Source: Octopus vulgaris (Eukaryota). Taken from it: a DNA stretch of 64,000 bases. Below the pieces are notes generated by a model. It had not been told where the DNA came from and made no database searches. It was given only the letters and a program-made list of their open reading frames with translations. Positions 41,085-54,615 of this stretch are shown here, piece after piece. Location: assembly GCA_951406725.2 (NCBI GenBank), contig OX597821.1:46810001-46874000 (forward strand). The letters are read 5' to 3'. The position numbers were made by a program, and so were the translations under genes. Positions within the stretch are counted from its first letter, which is position 1. Each line of letters begins with the position of its first letter.

Positions 41085-41601
41085 AACTCGTTATGCAATA
41101 AAGTTTCGTGATAAAGTGGGTACAAAACGCTAGAGAAAGTTATAAAATGTTCCAGACTGTAAATGGATTAACTTTTTCGCTGGCACGAGAGGTTCAAGGA
41201 CGGTAGAGAGGAAGTAAGAGAAAAATGTCAGAATATCGGAGCTGATTGAGAAAATTCGGAATTTTCTGGATGAAGACCATCGTGTTTCAATAAAGACAAA
41301 AAGCATACAATTTGGAGATGGCTTTACAAATGTATACAGAATAACACTGGAGGTCTGAGCATGTGCAAAATTTTATGCAAACTTGTGACGAGCATCCTGG
41401 TAACCAACTACTTGACAGAGATGGACATCAAAACTGTCACTCACCCTTCCTACAGTCTACACCTTGCATCCCGTGACTTTTGGCTCATTTTGAAGATGAA
41501 GAAGGCGGTGTAGGGGTCCCGGACATCTTCACTTGGGAGGACTTGTTTGGGGATTTCACGAAGTAGTTGGCTGGAGCACTACAACATGTGCATTGAGGGC
41601 A
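41085..41601 (+). mobile_element. Internally deleted mariner, related to 4750-5700
   Basis: caaaacgctagagaa is shared with the 4750-5700 copy. Reads FRWHERFKDGREEV, ELIEKIRNFLDEDHRVSIK and THPSYSLHLASRDFWL (YSPDLAP-type motif). Confidence 0.8.
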
Positions 41602-41602
<1 letters not shown>

Positions 41603-41666
<64 letters not shown>

Positions 41667-41667
41667 A

Positions 41668-41760
<93 letters not shown>

Positions 41761-41796
41761 GCTAGCTAGCTAGCTAGCTATCTATTTGTCTGTCTG

Positions 41797-41865
<69 letters not shown>
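41603..41865. repeat. (CTAT)n microsatellite with (CTAG)n/(CTGT)n interruptions
   Basis: Directly visible. Confidence 0.95.
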
Positions 41866-41866
<1 letters not shown>

Positions 41867-42409
41867 AGTCACTCTGTCTGTCTATCTGTCTGTCTATCTG
41901 TCTGTCTGTCTGTCTGCCTGTCTCTGTCTCTCTCTTTCTCCTCTTCTCTTTCTCACTATGTCTCTCTGTATGTATGGATTAGACAGGGAAGTTACATAAA
42001 TGACTCAAGGATCGTGAGTTATGTTCATTGCCTTGCACCTATTAAATTAACTTATGAACTGCACAAGCGACAGACAGATTGGTGAGACACATAATAAAGC
42101 AGTAATTTTCAATATCAGTTTCGTTAGCAAAAGGTAAGAATAGATTTTAAGAGAGTAGTGGAATGAAACAGCAGCTTTTTGTATACAACGCCATTTTATT
42201 TCACATGTATGTTTATAACTTACGTACTTGCATTATGCTTTTTATATATTCCTTTCATTTTACAAACACCCATCTCTATCGTATCAGTACAAGTAATCTA
42301 TATTTTCATGCCTCAATTACTTTATGCACTCATGCTCGTCCTATTATTAATATCCACCTTATATATATATAAGATGTGTGTGTGTGTTGTGTGCTTGTGT
42401 ATGTGTATG

Positions 42410-42451
<42 letters not shown>

Positions 42452-42577
42452 TATACATATATATATATATATATACGCTTATTCTTACTTTCCCCCAATT
42501 ACTGAGCTTGCACACACACACACTCGTATGTATGTTCCTGTAATATACATACTCATACATATATGTGTATACACCCC

Positions 42578-42627
<50 letters not shown>

Positions 42628-42647
42628 ATACACCCCCATATATATAA

Positions 42648-42715
<68 letters not shown>

Positions 42716-42893
42716 TACACATGCAAACACACAAGCACACACATAAATATGATTCGTATATCATATGCTCATGCATAAATGCTCATGGCGGTGGCAGGAC
42801 TATATTATTTGAATATATACAATAGCATCAAAACAGCCTTTTCATATACGTGTGTGTGTGCGTGTTTATAGTGGGGGGTGAGTCTGTGTGTGT

Positions 42894-42945
<52 letters not shown>

Positions 42946-43168
42946 ACTACGCGAGAGAATGAAATAACGAGACAATATAATAAAAGCGACAAAACATTTC
43001 CTCTCCTCCCATCCTGTTTATTTCTCTCTGTTATTTCAGTTTGAAATCCAACATAAAAACGCTGTTCGCCCCATTTCACTCACCCTCCAGCACCTTTGTC
43101 CCTATTTTTGTACCTTATTTCTTGATCGCTTCTCTCTCTTCACTCTATTTCCTCATCCGCTCTCTGTC

Positions 43169-43199
<31 letters not shown>

Positions 43200-43896
43200 G
43201 TGTCTCAATCAGTCACTTCCTGTCTCTAGTTGTCTTTTTCTTTCCCCTCTCTCAATAGCTTCCTTGTTCTTGTGTCTGCTACACGCACGAACCGTTCTCA
43301 GTATACTGAGTGTACTGCTTGCTTCTGAGTTCGTGCGTATGTAGATGCGTGCATGCCTGTCAATGTGTGTATGTATGTAATGGCAGATATATATATATAG
43401 AGAGAGAGGGGGGAGAGAGAGAGAGGGGGGGGAGAGAGAGTGTGTGAGTGCATGTGTGTTTCTGTGTTTGAGTGTATATGTATTTCATTAGTGAATGAAC
43501 TTATCTCTTCTTATCTCTTTTAATAAAGATATTTCATACGTTCCTTCTTATACTTCATATTTTGTTTGGAATAGTTAAGTTACTGTACGTATCAACTATT
43601 CCAGAATTTCCGGTCTTATTTTATTCCGGTCTTAGAGATGTTGTTTGTCCAAGCTTTGTAATTAATAGGAATTTTTGCGAATAATGCTGTGGTGCATCAA
43701 TGTTGTTATTGTAAAGTTTGGCTTTGAAATGTTTGACCGTTAACTCAAATTTTCCTTCAAACAACCGCAACTACACCATCATTACATTATACAACACTAG
43801 CAGTAAAAAAATCATCTAGGCATTAAAGGATATCAGTTGATAACACAACTATTCTACATAGATAGAACTGTCCCTTTATAGAAGGCAAAATGTTAG

Positions 43897-44242
43897 TTTC
43901 CAGGTTCAGTCCCACTGCGTAGGTGTCTTCTACTGTAGCCTCGGGCTGACTGAAGCCTTGTGAGTGGATTTGGTAGACGGAAACTGAAAGAAGCCTGTCA
44001 TATATATATATATATTTATTTATATATATATATATGTATGTGTGTGTGTATATTTGACAACCGGTGTTGGTGTGTTTACATCCCCCATAACTTAACGGTT
44101 CGACAAAAGAGACCAATAGAATAAATACTAGGCTTTAAAATATTAGCCCCGAGGCCAACTTGTACGGACTAAAACTCCTGAAGGTGGTGCCCCAGCATGG
44201 CCGCAGTCAAATGACTGAAACAAGTAAAAGATAAAAGATAAA
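43897..44242 (+). mobile_element. SINE family A, 5' end clipped
   Basis: ggttcagtcccactgcgt...gtggatttggtagacggaaactgaaagaagcc...gtcaaatgactgaaacaagtaaaagataaaaga. Confidence 0.85.
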
Positions 44243-44581
44243 AGGTAGTTATATTGGAAGCAAAATTACACACAAAAAAGTATTAACGTCCGATTACGCA
44301 TATTAATTATATATAAAGAATTTGTTTCTGATTTTCGAAAGAAAAAAAGAAGTAAACGGTAGAAGATACTCAAGTCTAGAACATCGTTATTACTGCATCT
44401 TTGTCGCGACCGCTGTCTTCTTATACAGCAGCAATGACTAAAGCCATTAACCGCCATTTTCTCACACAAATATCGATGGACCAAGAAGCTTTACGAAGGT
44501 GAAATACAGAAATACAAAAGGCAAAAAAAAAAAAGAGAGAAAGAAATGAAATAATAAGAGAGATAAAGTTCAGCACAGTCA

Positions 44582-45769
44582 TACGCGGGTCGACTGAAAA
44601 GTTCATAGGCTGACCAAGATCATAGAACTTGGATCCCATTGGGGGAGTAGCTTTCATTCTATTGGACAAAATGTCATCAACAGCAAATATGACGTCTTCA
44701 TCACTACGATACTGGTTCCCAGCCAAATGTTTTATCTTGATGGGATAGTCAAATGGGGCCAACTCAGGAGAAAGGGGAGATCGATCAACCAGTTGAAAGC
44801 CACTCACGTACAGCAGCAATTGAAACCAAGGATTTATGCGCTGGATGATCAAGACTCCTTTCGTCAGTTTTTCTGAGCGTTTTGTCTTGATAGTCTTTCG
44901 TACCTGCCTCAGCAAGTTGACATAAAACAAATGCCATTGATGGTGTAGCCCTTTTCAAGATGGTCAATAAACACAATGCCATTTACATGCCAAAAAACTG
45001 ACACCATCACTTGCCCTGCAGATAAAACGACCTAGGCCTTCTTTGGAGCAGCTGAGGAGGGACGTTTCCACTGCATGGATTGCCCCTTTTTTCTGGCTCC
45101 AAGTGATAAACCCAACACTCGACCTAGCTTAGAAAATATTTAAAGAAACCTGCTGGATCTGCCTGAAACAAAGTCAGAGTTTCTCGTGATGTGTGATCAG
45201 CCTGGCGCGCTTTTGATCAGGTGTCACAAGACGTAGCATCCACCGAGCAGAATCCTTTGTCTTGCCAACTTCGTTGTGTATAATATTCCCATCTCTCTCA
45301 CGGGATATGCTATTAGCATTGGCTATCTGATGTATAATCAATCGCCTGTCATCCATCACTATGATGAATACGATCAATGTTTTCGTCAGTGGTAGCAGTT
45401 AGAAGATGTCCAAACCTTGAATCATCTTCAAGACTCTCCCTTCCTCTCCTAAATATAGCTGCCCACTTTTGTATTATTGATAAAGCTGGAGAGTCACTCT
45501 CTAATGAAACAACTATGCCAGCATGAATGTCCTTGGAAAATAAGCGCATTTTCTGCGGGTACTTGATAACACCAAGATGCCAGATTTTATCCCTTTTCAA
45601 GAGAAGTCGCTATTAGTTACTTTTGAAGTCTTCTATAAATAGTGAGATGACAGTTTACCTGGGAAGAAAAAAACAATGCAGTTGAAGAGTTGAAATTAAT
45701 GCATACAAGATTTCAGAATTCTAGCATTATTCCTTTATAGTCAGCCTTTATAGTCAGCCTACCTTCGTA
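44582..45769 (-). mobile_element. Mariner transposon (irritans-like), transposase pseudogene
   Basis: Reads GVIKY...KDIHA...SIIQKWAAIFRRGRESLEDDSRFG...TTDENID, then SARWMLRLVTPDQK (WVPRLL-type) and SPLSPELAPFDY. TIR-like tacgcgggtcgactgaaaagttcataggctgac at 44582, with a degenerate partner near 45740-45769. Confidence 0.88.
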
Positions 45770-48333
45770 TGTAATAAAAATATTGTGCATATGTGTGCTT
45801 ATGTGCATATTAACAAATTTCTTAACTTCATTTGGAATATCTGTTGATTCTGTCACTCCACTACCCTTCACATCCTTTCATGCAATAGTTCTTAGAAGAC
45901 AAGTTTGTTGAAATTCATTTAGAACTTGATTAATCCTTCTTTGACCGGAGATCACGATTATAATCCCTGGCCAAAGAAACGTAAGGTCATTTATCTGAAA
46001 AATTGGCTTATTGATGGAATAAGAGGCAGTTCGTAATTATACGAGAGTAAATAATGTTTTCGAACAGGATGAACTCGAAAGAGGTAAATCGTGGCCAATA
46101 TTTAACTCTAGTTTCATGGAATAAAGTAGAAAAGAGAGTAACCTATCTCTCTTTCTTTGCCTTTATTTCCCCTTCTCTCCCTCTCTCCCATCCCCTCTTC
46201 TTCTTTATTTTTCCTTCTCTGTTTTCATACACGTGCACAGGACAGGACGTCTGTCAATTTGATGTAAGATTCCTAGGTGATAGAACCCCTTAAAATAATT
46301 TTGTAAACTTGACAATATAGATATAAATGCACCGACAAAATTCATTCTGAAATATCTTCGATGGGTTTTCATTGCTAAATTTCTAAGTTAATAGATTCAG
46401 TAGCTCAATATTTTTCTTGGTCTTATCGATATCCCTTGAAATAATTGTTTCATGACAAATCAATGAGCTACGCACAAATTTAATGAGATTAAAGAATCAA
46501 ATGAGAAAATAAAAAGATATAAAGTAAAATTAATGCTTTAATTTTTTAAAAACTTTTGCCACTTAGAAATTTTCTGTATAACACTGGCATGAACTTGGGG
46601 TGAGAAGACACTATTTTCAAAAGAATCTAAAATTGTATCGTAAAACACAATAAAACTGTAACGCCTTTCAACGATTTTATTGTTAGATTCAATCAGCTCT
46701 TTCAAGTTTCATCCTAGAAATGGATACACACATATATGCACGCGGGTACACACACACACACACACACAACATACACACGTGCGCGTGCACATACAGATTT
46801 GCACACAGTCTCATACACTCAACACCACAACACACACTCGAATGCAGGCACGCTTTATTGGTTTTATTTCTGTCACTTTTTATAGTAAAATCAATTTGTT
46901 GATACAGTAAAAGAGATTGTTGGGCAGAAAATGAACCTTTGTTTGTCGTTCTTCTTGCTCTTTTTGCTTTTTTGATTGTTTGTTTTATCATTTAGTGTTT
47001 GAGTTTTCAACCACTCAGACAATATTTAGGTTATTGCATGTATGATATACATGGCCATTTATTTTATTGTCGTTGATACTACACTCTAGAATTCAGAAAA
47101 TAGTTGGGCAGTTAAGGTGAAGAGTAGCTTATTGACATTTAATCCGTATCAGTTCACTTCTTACTGACCAAATCAGTGAATTTTGACCTGAGAGGAAATA
47201 AGTGTTTTCATGTATAGACGACAATGTGAGAGGAACATCAAATGTCATATGAAACTTGAAAGGAACTCATTGTTTTAAACGATATTTTCTGGAATTTAAA
47301 AATACAATTATGTAACTAAAATTGGAATGCACTTTATGAATGTGTGTGTGTGTGTGTGTAAAGACAGCTTCAAGTGTTTGATACAAGAAGAGTAACTCAA
47401 CGAGAGAGGTGGGGAGAGAAAGAGACTATAATAAAGAACCTGCAATAGATCAATATTCGTCAATACCATAACAAAAAGCTGAGGAAAGTACCAAAACCCA
47501 GTCGTACAAGATGCGTGACGCCACTTTAATTCTTGATTGTAATTAGTTCGTCGTCGCTGAGAATGGCATAAACGTTTTTCGTCCATAAACATTTGAGTTT
47601 TTTGTGAGGACAAAATATAAGCAAAATCAATATTCATCTATGAAGCGTAAGTTTGCCTAACAGATCCAGTTGGTTGACCTTTGGGGATTAGAAGTATTCA
47701 TCAATGAATGATTAACTCTATTGACTTCAACAAAAATAAATAGAAAGTAATGGTTGTGATTTCTATGCTTCGTCTAAGAATATTTGCACCATAAAAGAAA
47801 TGAAACGATTGTAAACAGGAGTGAAAAGCCACGTAAGATAGATGCACAATAGATTTATATATGTCTTACTTTCACAACTCACCGCTCTACCTATTCACTA
47901 TAACATGGTTAAACATGTAGGAAACTATTGTGGATTGTGTCGGGTGGGGGTGAGGATGGGGAACTCATTTCAGAAAAGTTGACAAAATACAAAACTTGTG
48001 TGCAGAGAGAACAAACCAGCCTAAATCATTAGGTCCTTCTCTTATTTCTACACCGAAAGAACCAACTCTACAGCTACAATCCCTTTCTTACTGAGACATG
48101 ATCTTTCTTTATTTATCCACTCTATTCTTTCTTTCTTCTTAAAAGCAGGGTGTAGTTTGAGAGAAAATTGAACCCTATTGACCATTTAGAGGTTATCTCT
48201 CTGTTAGTCAAGATTCTCCAGGATTTAAACATGCATACTCTCCAATTCCTCAGAAGGCTTGTTACGTTCTCTTCCTTTTAACGTTTCTTTTGTCACGATT
48301 ATTAGATATGATATCACGTATTAGTAGGAGATA

Positions 48334-48532
48334 GAAGGCGGTGAGCTGGTAGAATCATTAGCGGTATTTCGTCCGTCTTTAACTTCTGGGTTCAAATTCT
48401 GCTGACGTCGACTTTACCTTTCATCCTTTCGGGGTTGAAAAAATAAAAGGTACCAGTCAAGCACTAGGATCAATGCAATCGACTTGTCCCCTCCCAGCAG
48501 TTTCAGGTCTTTTGCTTATAGTATAAAGGACC
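48334..48532 (+). mobile_element. SINE family B with 11-bp TSD
   Basis: ggcggtgagctggtagaatc...ggttcaaattc...gtcgactttacctttcatcctttcggggttg. TSD agtaggagata at 48323-48333 and 48533-48543. Confidence 0.85.
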
Positions 48533-48849
48533 AGTAGGAGATAAAGGAAGGAAAGGAATACATCGGCAGCAGTTGATATATAATACTTAAGTTATCGACC
48601 ATGGAGGCGGCGGAGAAGGTTGTAGAGTCATTAAACTTAACGAGCTTTGAAATAAAAATACCTAATATATCTCAATTATAGCGCTTTGTAAAATATATAT
48701 ACAGAGCGAGATATACTATAAATGATATATGTACAGTGTTCATATTGTAAATGGTATCTACCCAATATCTATACATGTTAAGTGTAAATAGTATCTATAA
48801 ACTATCTACTACTACTAATGCTACTGTTAATAATAATAATAATAATAAC

Positions 48850-48908
<59 letters not shown>

Positions 48909-48920
48909 TAATAATAATAA

Positions 48921-49452
48921 ATGCTCTGATGCAGTACCAGACAGTGGCTCTCATGGCTTCTGATCTTAACTGATTGGAAGTGTTATCATGTACATTGTTT
49001 GGTCTTGGTATAAAAGATGGGCTACAGCAAATATTCTACTGAATACCACAGATTTGCTTCTCAGTTGTTTGACCGTAACCAGTTGTGCATGTTCCTTAGT
49101 GGCTGACGATATGTGCATCTCTGATCGCGAGCAGAAGTAGTTGGGGAGCATCATAGCCATATGTTGAGAGGGATTCTTTGGGGTTTGTATAATTCACCTT
49201 TGGAAACATTGGTGGTTCGGTCAACATCCTTAAACAATCTTTATTCAGAGACCTTTTGAGCGGGATGGGCTACTCGACCAAAAGAAATTTCATGTGCCGG
49301 TTATTTTGATATGAGATCGCCATGTCGCGCACATATGGTCGTGATGCATGTGCCTAGTGTACCCTTATCAGACGGGTGGTCATGATGGGTATACTGGGCT
49401 TCGTATATTTCACTTCAGTGTCACTTTGATGGCATGCACTGCTCTCTCACTC
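48921..49452 (+). mobile_element. (AAT)n-embedded non-coding element, full ends, small internal deletion
   Basis: Preceded by (AAT)n at 48829-48920 and followed by (AAT)n. Reverse complement of 39969-40524, lacking a short block near 49290. Confidence 0.88.
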
Positions 49453-49834
49453 AATAATAATTATAATAATAATTTCGTATTTAAGCACAAGGCCGGCAGT
49501 TTATTTGGAAACGGGATCAGCCGGTACCATCGACCCCAGTATTTTACAATTTAACTTTCATGAAGCCGGGGTCGATAAAACCGTTGATATCGTCGAAACT
49601 TGAAACCAGAACAGAAATACGTGATGGAAATACCATAAAACATTTTCCCGACTCTCTGAGATCTTGCCAATCCGCTCTTTTAATAAATGAGTATAAATTT
49701 GGCATTATTGGCAACAATGTTTGCGGGGAGGAGGGCAGGCGATACCATTGGGCTTAGTAACTGGCTGGAACAGATTTGTGGAAATTTGCTAGTTCTTAGA
49801 GATCGAGCGTGTAGAGGATGTCTCAATAGTCACT

Positions 49835-50277
49835 GATATCAATGAGGTTGATCATAGATATCAACGATATTGATCATAGATATTGAGGTACTGATCATAG
49901 GTATCGGTTATCATCATAGATATCGATGATATTTATTACATATATCTATGGTATTGATTATATATCGATGGTAATGATACAGATATCGATAATGCTAATC
50001 ACAGATTCCGATGATATTGATAATTGATATCGATGGTATTGATCATAAATATCGAAGCAATTAATCATAATTATTGATTGTATTATTCAAAAACATCGAA
50101 AGTATTGAATGAAAGGTATCGATGGTATTGAATATAAATATCGTTGGTATTGTTTATAGATATCAATGTTACTGATCACAGATATCGATGTATTGATCAC
50201 AGATATCGATGCATTGATCACAGGTATCGATGGTGTTGCTCACAGATATCGGTAGTGTTGATCATAAATATCGATAG
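49835..50277. repeat. Degenerate ~22-bp minisatellite, about 20 units, consensus GATATCGATGGTATTGATCATA
   Basis: Units read by eye, for example gatatcaacgatattgatcata, gatatcgatggtattgatcata and gatatcgatgcattgatcaca. Confidence 0.85.
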
Positions 50278-53044
50278 CAGGATCCGGGCTGAATTAACAG
50301 AAAGATCCAATTTCGCAAATTTAATAGGCGACTAAAGTTCTGGACGTACTCTCGGTTGCTGTTATATATAAAAAACCTTAAATGCTGTGGTCTGAAAGAA
50401 GTAATTATTCAGGTTATTTTGTGCATCTTTCAAGAGATTCAAGGCCTCAGTCATTTGTTTCCCGTTTTATTATTTTCATTTGATTTTTCCAATTTCTATA
50501 GCTAAGTATTGAGAGGAAGAATAGCGTTTATGAGCTGTTTGTAAGACATTTTAGCCATGGAAGAATTGGTGGAAGAAACTATGCTACTTGGGTAAACATC
50601 AGCGGTGGCGGGGACATGGACGGAATATTAGTAAAACAAGAGTTGACTTTACTCCAGTCCAGTAACTGTCCGGCATTGCTATGAAACTGATTCAGTATGC
50701 AACTCGATATAGATTATAAGATATTTAGCTTTATTTTTGGCATTAATCCTCTTGAAAATCTTTTCGGATTGTATTAGGTTTCTTTATCTTCGATCTCAAG
50801 TAAATTGACTGGAACAAAAATACATAACTTTAAACAAATGACTATTTCAGTTCATAAATTGCAGTTTACTAATTACAATCACACCTTTGTCGACCACACT
50901 CAGTCCTTTATCAATTTATCCAATCAAAATTGGTTACTTCTTGTTCCTTTTCGACTTCAGAAGGATACCAACGTAAATCGATCCAGACAAACTTCGAACA
51001 GCGAAAACTCAAAGTACTGAACATGAAGTTGAGCATTGTCGCTCAACCTAATGAAATTATAGCAGATTATTCCTCAAAATAACCCTCTACTGTCTTACAA
51101 AGAAAGGATATATTAAATACTATTGTGCTAAATAAATTATCTGAAGTATAGACAGGATAGTCACGGAAGAATTATATATCTCGCCTTATATGTTTACAAT
51201 AGAACTAAAAATCAACAACACATCATAAAACAGCATATCTAAGATGAATTGAAAGGAACATAGAGAAACAAAGTGGTTTAAGTTAGTGCACTGTGAGATA
51301 AAGTCCAGACGTTCGGGCCCAGAAACTCAAATTTGGTTTGTAACAAAGTGCCCAAACCAAAATCGTTGTTTCGGCTCAGTTTCACATTATTCATGGTATA
51401 TTTCTTCAGTATATATTTTGTATTGAATGGAAAGCATCTAATAGAGTATTTTACCATTCCCACTGATGGAAATTTTAATTAAAACAAGCGGAATGCCAAA
51501 GCCCAGCATACTAAAGCTGAGACAGTGGGACTAGACACTATAAGGCATTCTGCCTCCGTGAGCTAAAATTAGTGGAATGCCTTACGTACCCTCCATCACT
51601 ATTTTTATTAGCGATGTTTTACCCATCTCTACAGACCTCGCAACAAATAAAAGTTTTATTCCTGACAGACACATAAAGGTATCATTTCTAAAGGGCAATA
51701 GATTTAAAACTGTTAAGTTGTTTCCATGTTCAAAGTTATTAGGCACGAGGTCGTAAACGAAGGAAAATAACCGGCAGTAGGACTAGAAATCTCAGCCCAT
51801 CCTTTTCACTTCACTATTTTGTCTCCGAGGAAGATCGTCCCCATAAACAAATGAATACTACAGAAACACTGGCTACATTGACCATCAAATAATAATATAT
51901 GGCCAACAATAACACTAACCTTTTGGGTTTTTTCATGAAGTAATTAAGAAAAGCAAGGATACAGATAAAACAGAAGAAAGAGAGAAACGAGGTTAGAAGA
52001 ACTGAGAGTGAGAGAGAGGGGGGAGAGAGAAAAGTGAAAGAGAGCCAAGTGGGAGATATATGACTTACAAGAAACGAGATATAATAGGGGTTCAAGAAGA
52101 GAGGAAGAATGAGAGGGAAAGGAGAGCAGTGGTTGGGATGTGAAGAATGAAAGAGAAAGAGAAGACAAAAGATATAAAGTGGATGTATGTGTGCTTGCGC
52201 GCGTGTGTGATAGTTAAAAGATTCTAAAAATGCCGAGCGAGAAGAAAAAATGAAATGGGAGCGGGAGAAAAAGAAGTGGTGTAAATAGGAGACATATTTT
52301 AGTTTAAGAAAAAGAACAATGAAACATGATTGTATAAGGGATTCAATAAATAAGCGAGCAAATAAATACTTTGTGATTTCTATAATACTGGCTAATAGGG
52401 GCTAAGAGAATAGAGAATGTAATGTGTGAGGAAGGGAAGGGGAAAAGGTCATCAAGTCATTTCAATTGTCTGAATGACTGCCCATTATAAAAAGAAACGA
52501 AGCAGACCAATAAAACTGAACTACGTAATAGCTACGTCAGAGTAATAATTAAGTTCTTTATAACGAAGTACGCCTGTCGCAGCATGGTCACTGGGGGCGG
52601 AATGGGGGAGAAATAAACGAAAAATGACGGGGTAAAAACACAAACAAATATTCTGAAGTATTAAAGGACAGAAACTAAGTTTCAGAGATAGGGGTAAAGA
52701 AACAAAGAGAAAGAGAAAGAGAAAGAAGATGAAGGAGAAATAAAGAGAGAGAGAGAGGGAGAGGGAGAGAGAGTGAAAAGGGCAGTTGGGTGCAGGAAAA
52801 GCAATATGGATTCTTTGAGATAAAGGTTGCAAAAAGATATTTGTGATGAGTCTCATAACAGGCAAGGTTGTGGAGGCACCATGGATATCGAACCGTGTTG
52901 GCTTTTAATACCTACGTTTTTTTTTATTCTTTTTAGTTTTTAGTATTTAATCGACAAACTGGGATAGGGTGGGGCTCGATCCCAAAATTTATTTCATATC
53001 AAGATGATGCTTTAAAACACACACACACAAACGCATGTATGCAT

Positions 53045-53095
<51 letters not shown>

Positions 53096-54009
53096 CACAC
53101 ACACGCGCACACACACACACGCGCGCGCACACACACACGCGCGCGCACACACACATATAATTGAACGTGTATGCGGTTATGTATGAGTGTTTAGCCCCGA
53201 ATTCCTGAAACGGTGCTTCCAAAAAAAAAAAATAAAATAAAAAAAAGACAAAAAAAAGAAAAAAATTTGATTTGGGAAATTTGCGACCCGAAGTGAAGGT
53301 TGTCCGTAAATAATAATCAAAATATGTAATTTTCTACAAAAAATAACTCAACACAAACTTCTCACTCTCTATCACTAGCACTCACACTCTCTCTTTTACG
53401 CCTTCTCCTCTCTACATATATTTACCACACTTTTATCTTTGTATCTCTATCTTTTATCTCTATCTTTGTATATTTATTATCTCTCAAACATGCTGTCTCT
53501 CCCATTCTCCCTATTTCTTCGTATGAGACAATTTCTTTCATTTTATTTAAAACTTCGTCTCGTAATGCTTACTTTCACAGCTGTCACTCACGAAATGGTA
53601 GCTTCCAAATCCTGTTTTCTTATCAAAGTGTAAACCTCTGCTGCATTTTTCTAAAATTTTTCTGAAATAGATGAATCACTAAATCGTATTCAGCGTGAAA
53701 AGTACATTAGTGTATTCACTTAATTAAAATTTTTTTTATCTGTGACGGCAACAGGCAAGCTCTCTCTGTCTGTCTCTTTTGCATTTTCCGCTTTCCTCGT
53801 GTTAAACTTTTCCCCTTTCTATATATATTTACCATACTTTGTCTCACTCGCCGTAGATGTATATCGCTCACACTGACAGTATGTGTGCGTGTGTGTCAGT
53901 GTGTGTATGTGTATGTATGAACGTAAGGAATTTCTTTAGGGTGATAGAATGATTTTAAAATATGTTAAAGATAATTTAATAGCAAACTTTCCTGTTAGTA
54001 AATGTTTTT

Positions 54010-54070
<61 letters not shown>

Positions 54071-54222
54071 AACGGACACAGGGACATGTACAGTAGTCGT
54101 TAAAGATTTGAATTTCAACTTTTCTGTTGCTTAAATCCCAGCAACTGACCAAATTTGAGCTAAATAAAACCGTTATTCCAGCATTATCCATAGAGTGTGT
54201 TTGTGGGGAGAAAAATATAATG

Positions 54223-54615
54223 TTTTCTACTCTAGGCACAGGGCCCGCAATTTTGGGGGAGGGGCCAGTCGATTAGATCGACCCCAGTACGCAACTGGTA
54301 CTTAATTTATCGAACCCGAAAGGATGAAGGGCAAAGTCGACCTCGGTGAAATTTGAAATCAGAACGTAAGGGCAGACGAAATACCTATTTCTTTACTACC
54401 CACAAGGGGCTAAACACAGAGAGGACAAACAAAGACAGACAAACGGATTAAGTCGATTATATCGACCCCAATGCGTAACTGGTACTTATTTAATCGACCC
54501 CGAAAGGATGAAAGGCAAAGTCGACCTCGGCGGAATTTGAACTCAGAACGTAGCGGCAGACGAAATACCACTAAGCATTTCGCCCGGCGTGCTAAAATTT
54601 CTGCCAGCTCGCCTT
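54223..54615 (-). mobile_element. SINE family B, dimeric full-length copy
   Basis: Sense order: head ggcgagctggcagaa, monomer 1 (gagttcaaattccgccgaggtcgactttgcctttcatcctttcggggtcg), linker, monomer 2, then the tail aaattgcgggccctgtgcctagagtagaaa. Confidence 0.88.

Noticed and set aside
49835-50277. CRISPR-like periodicity
   Set aside because: The units are contiguous and degenerate with no unique spacers, no cas genes are present, and the context is eukaryotic.
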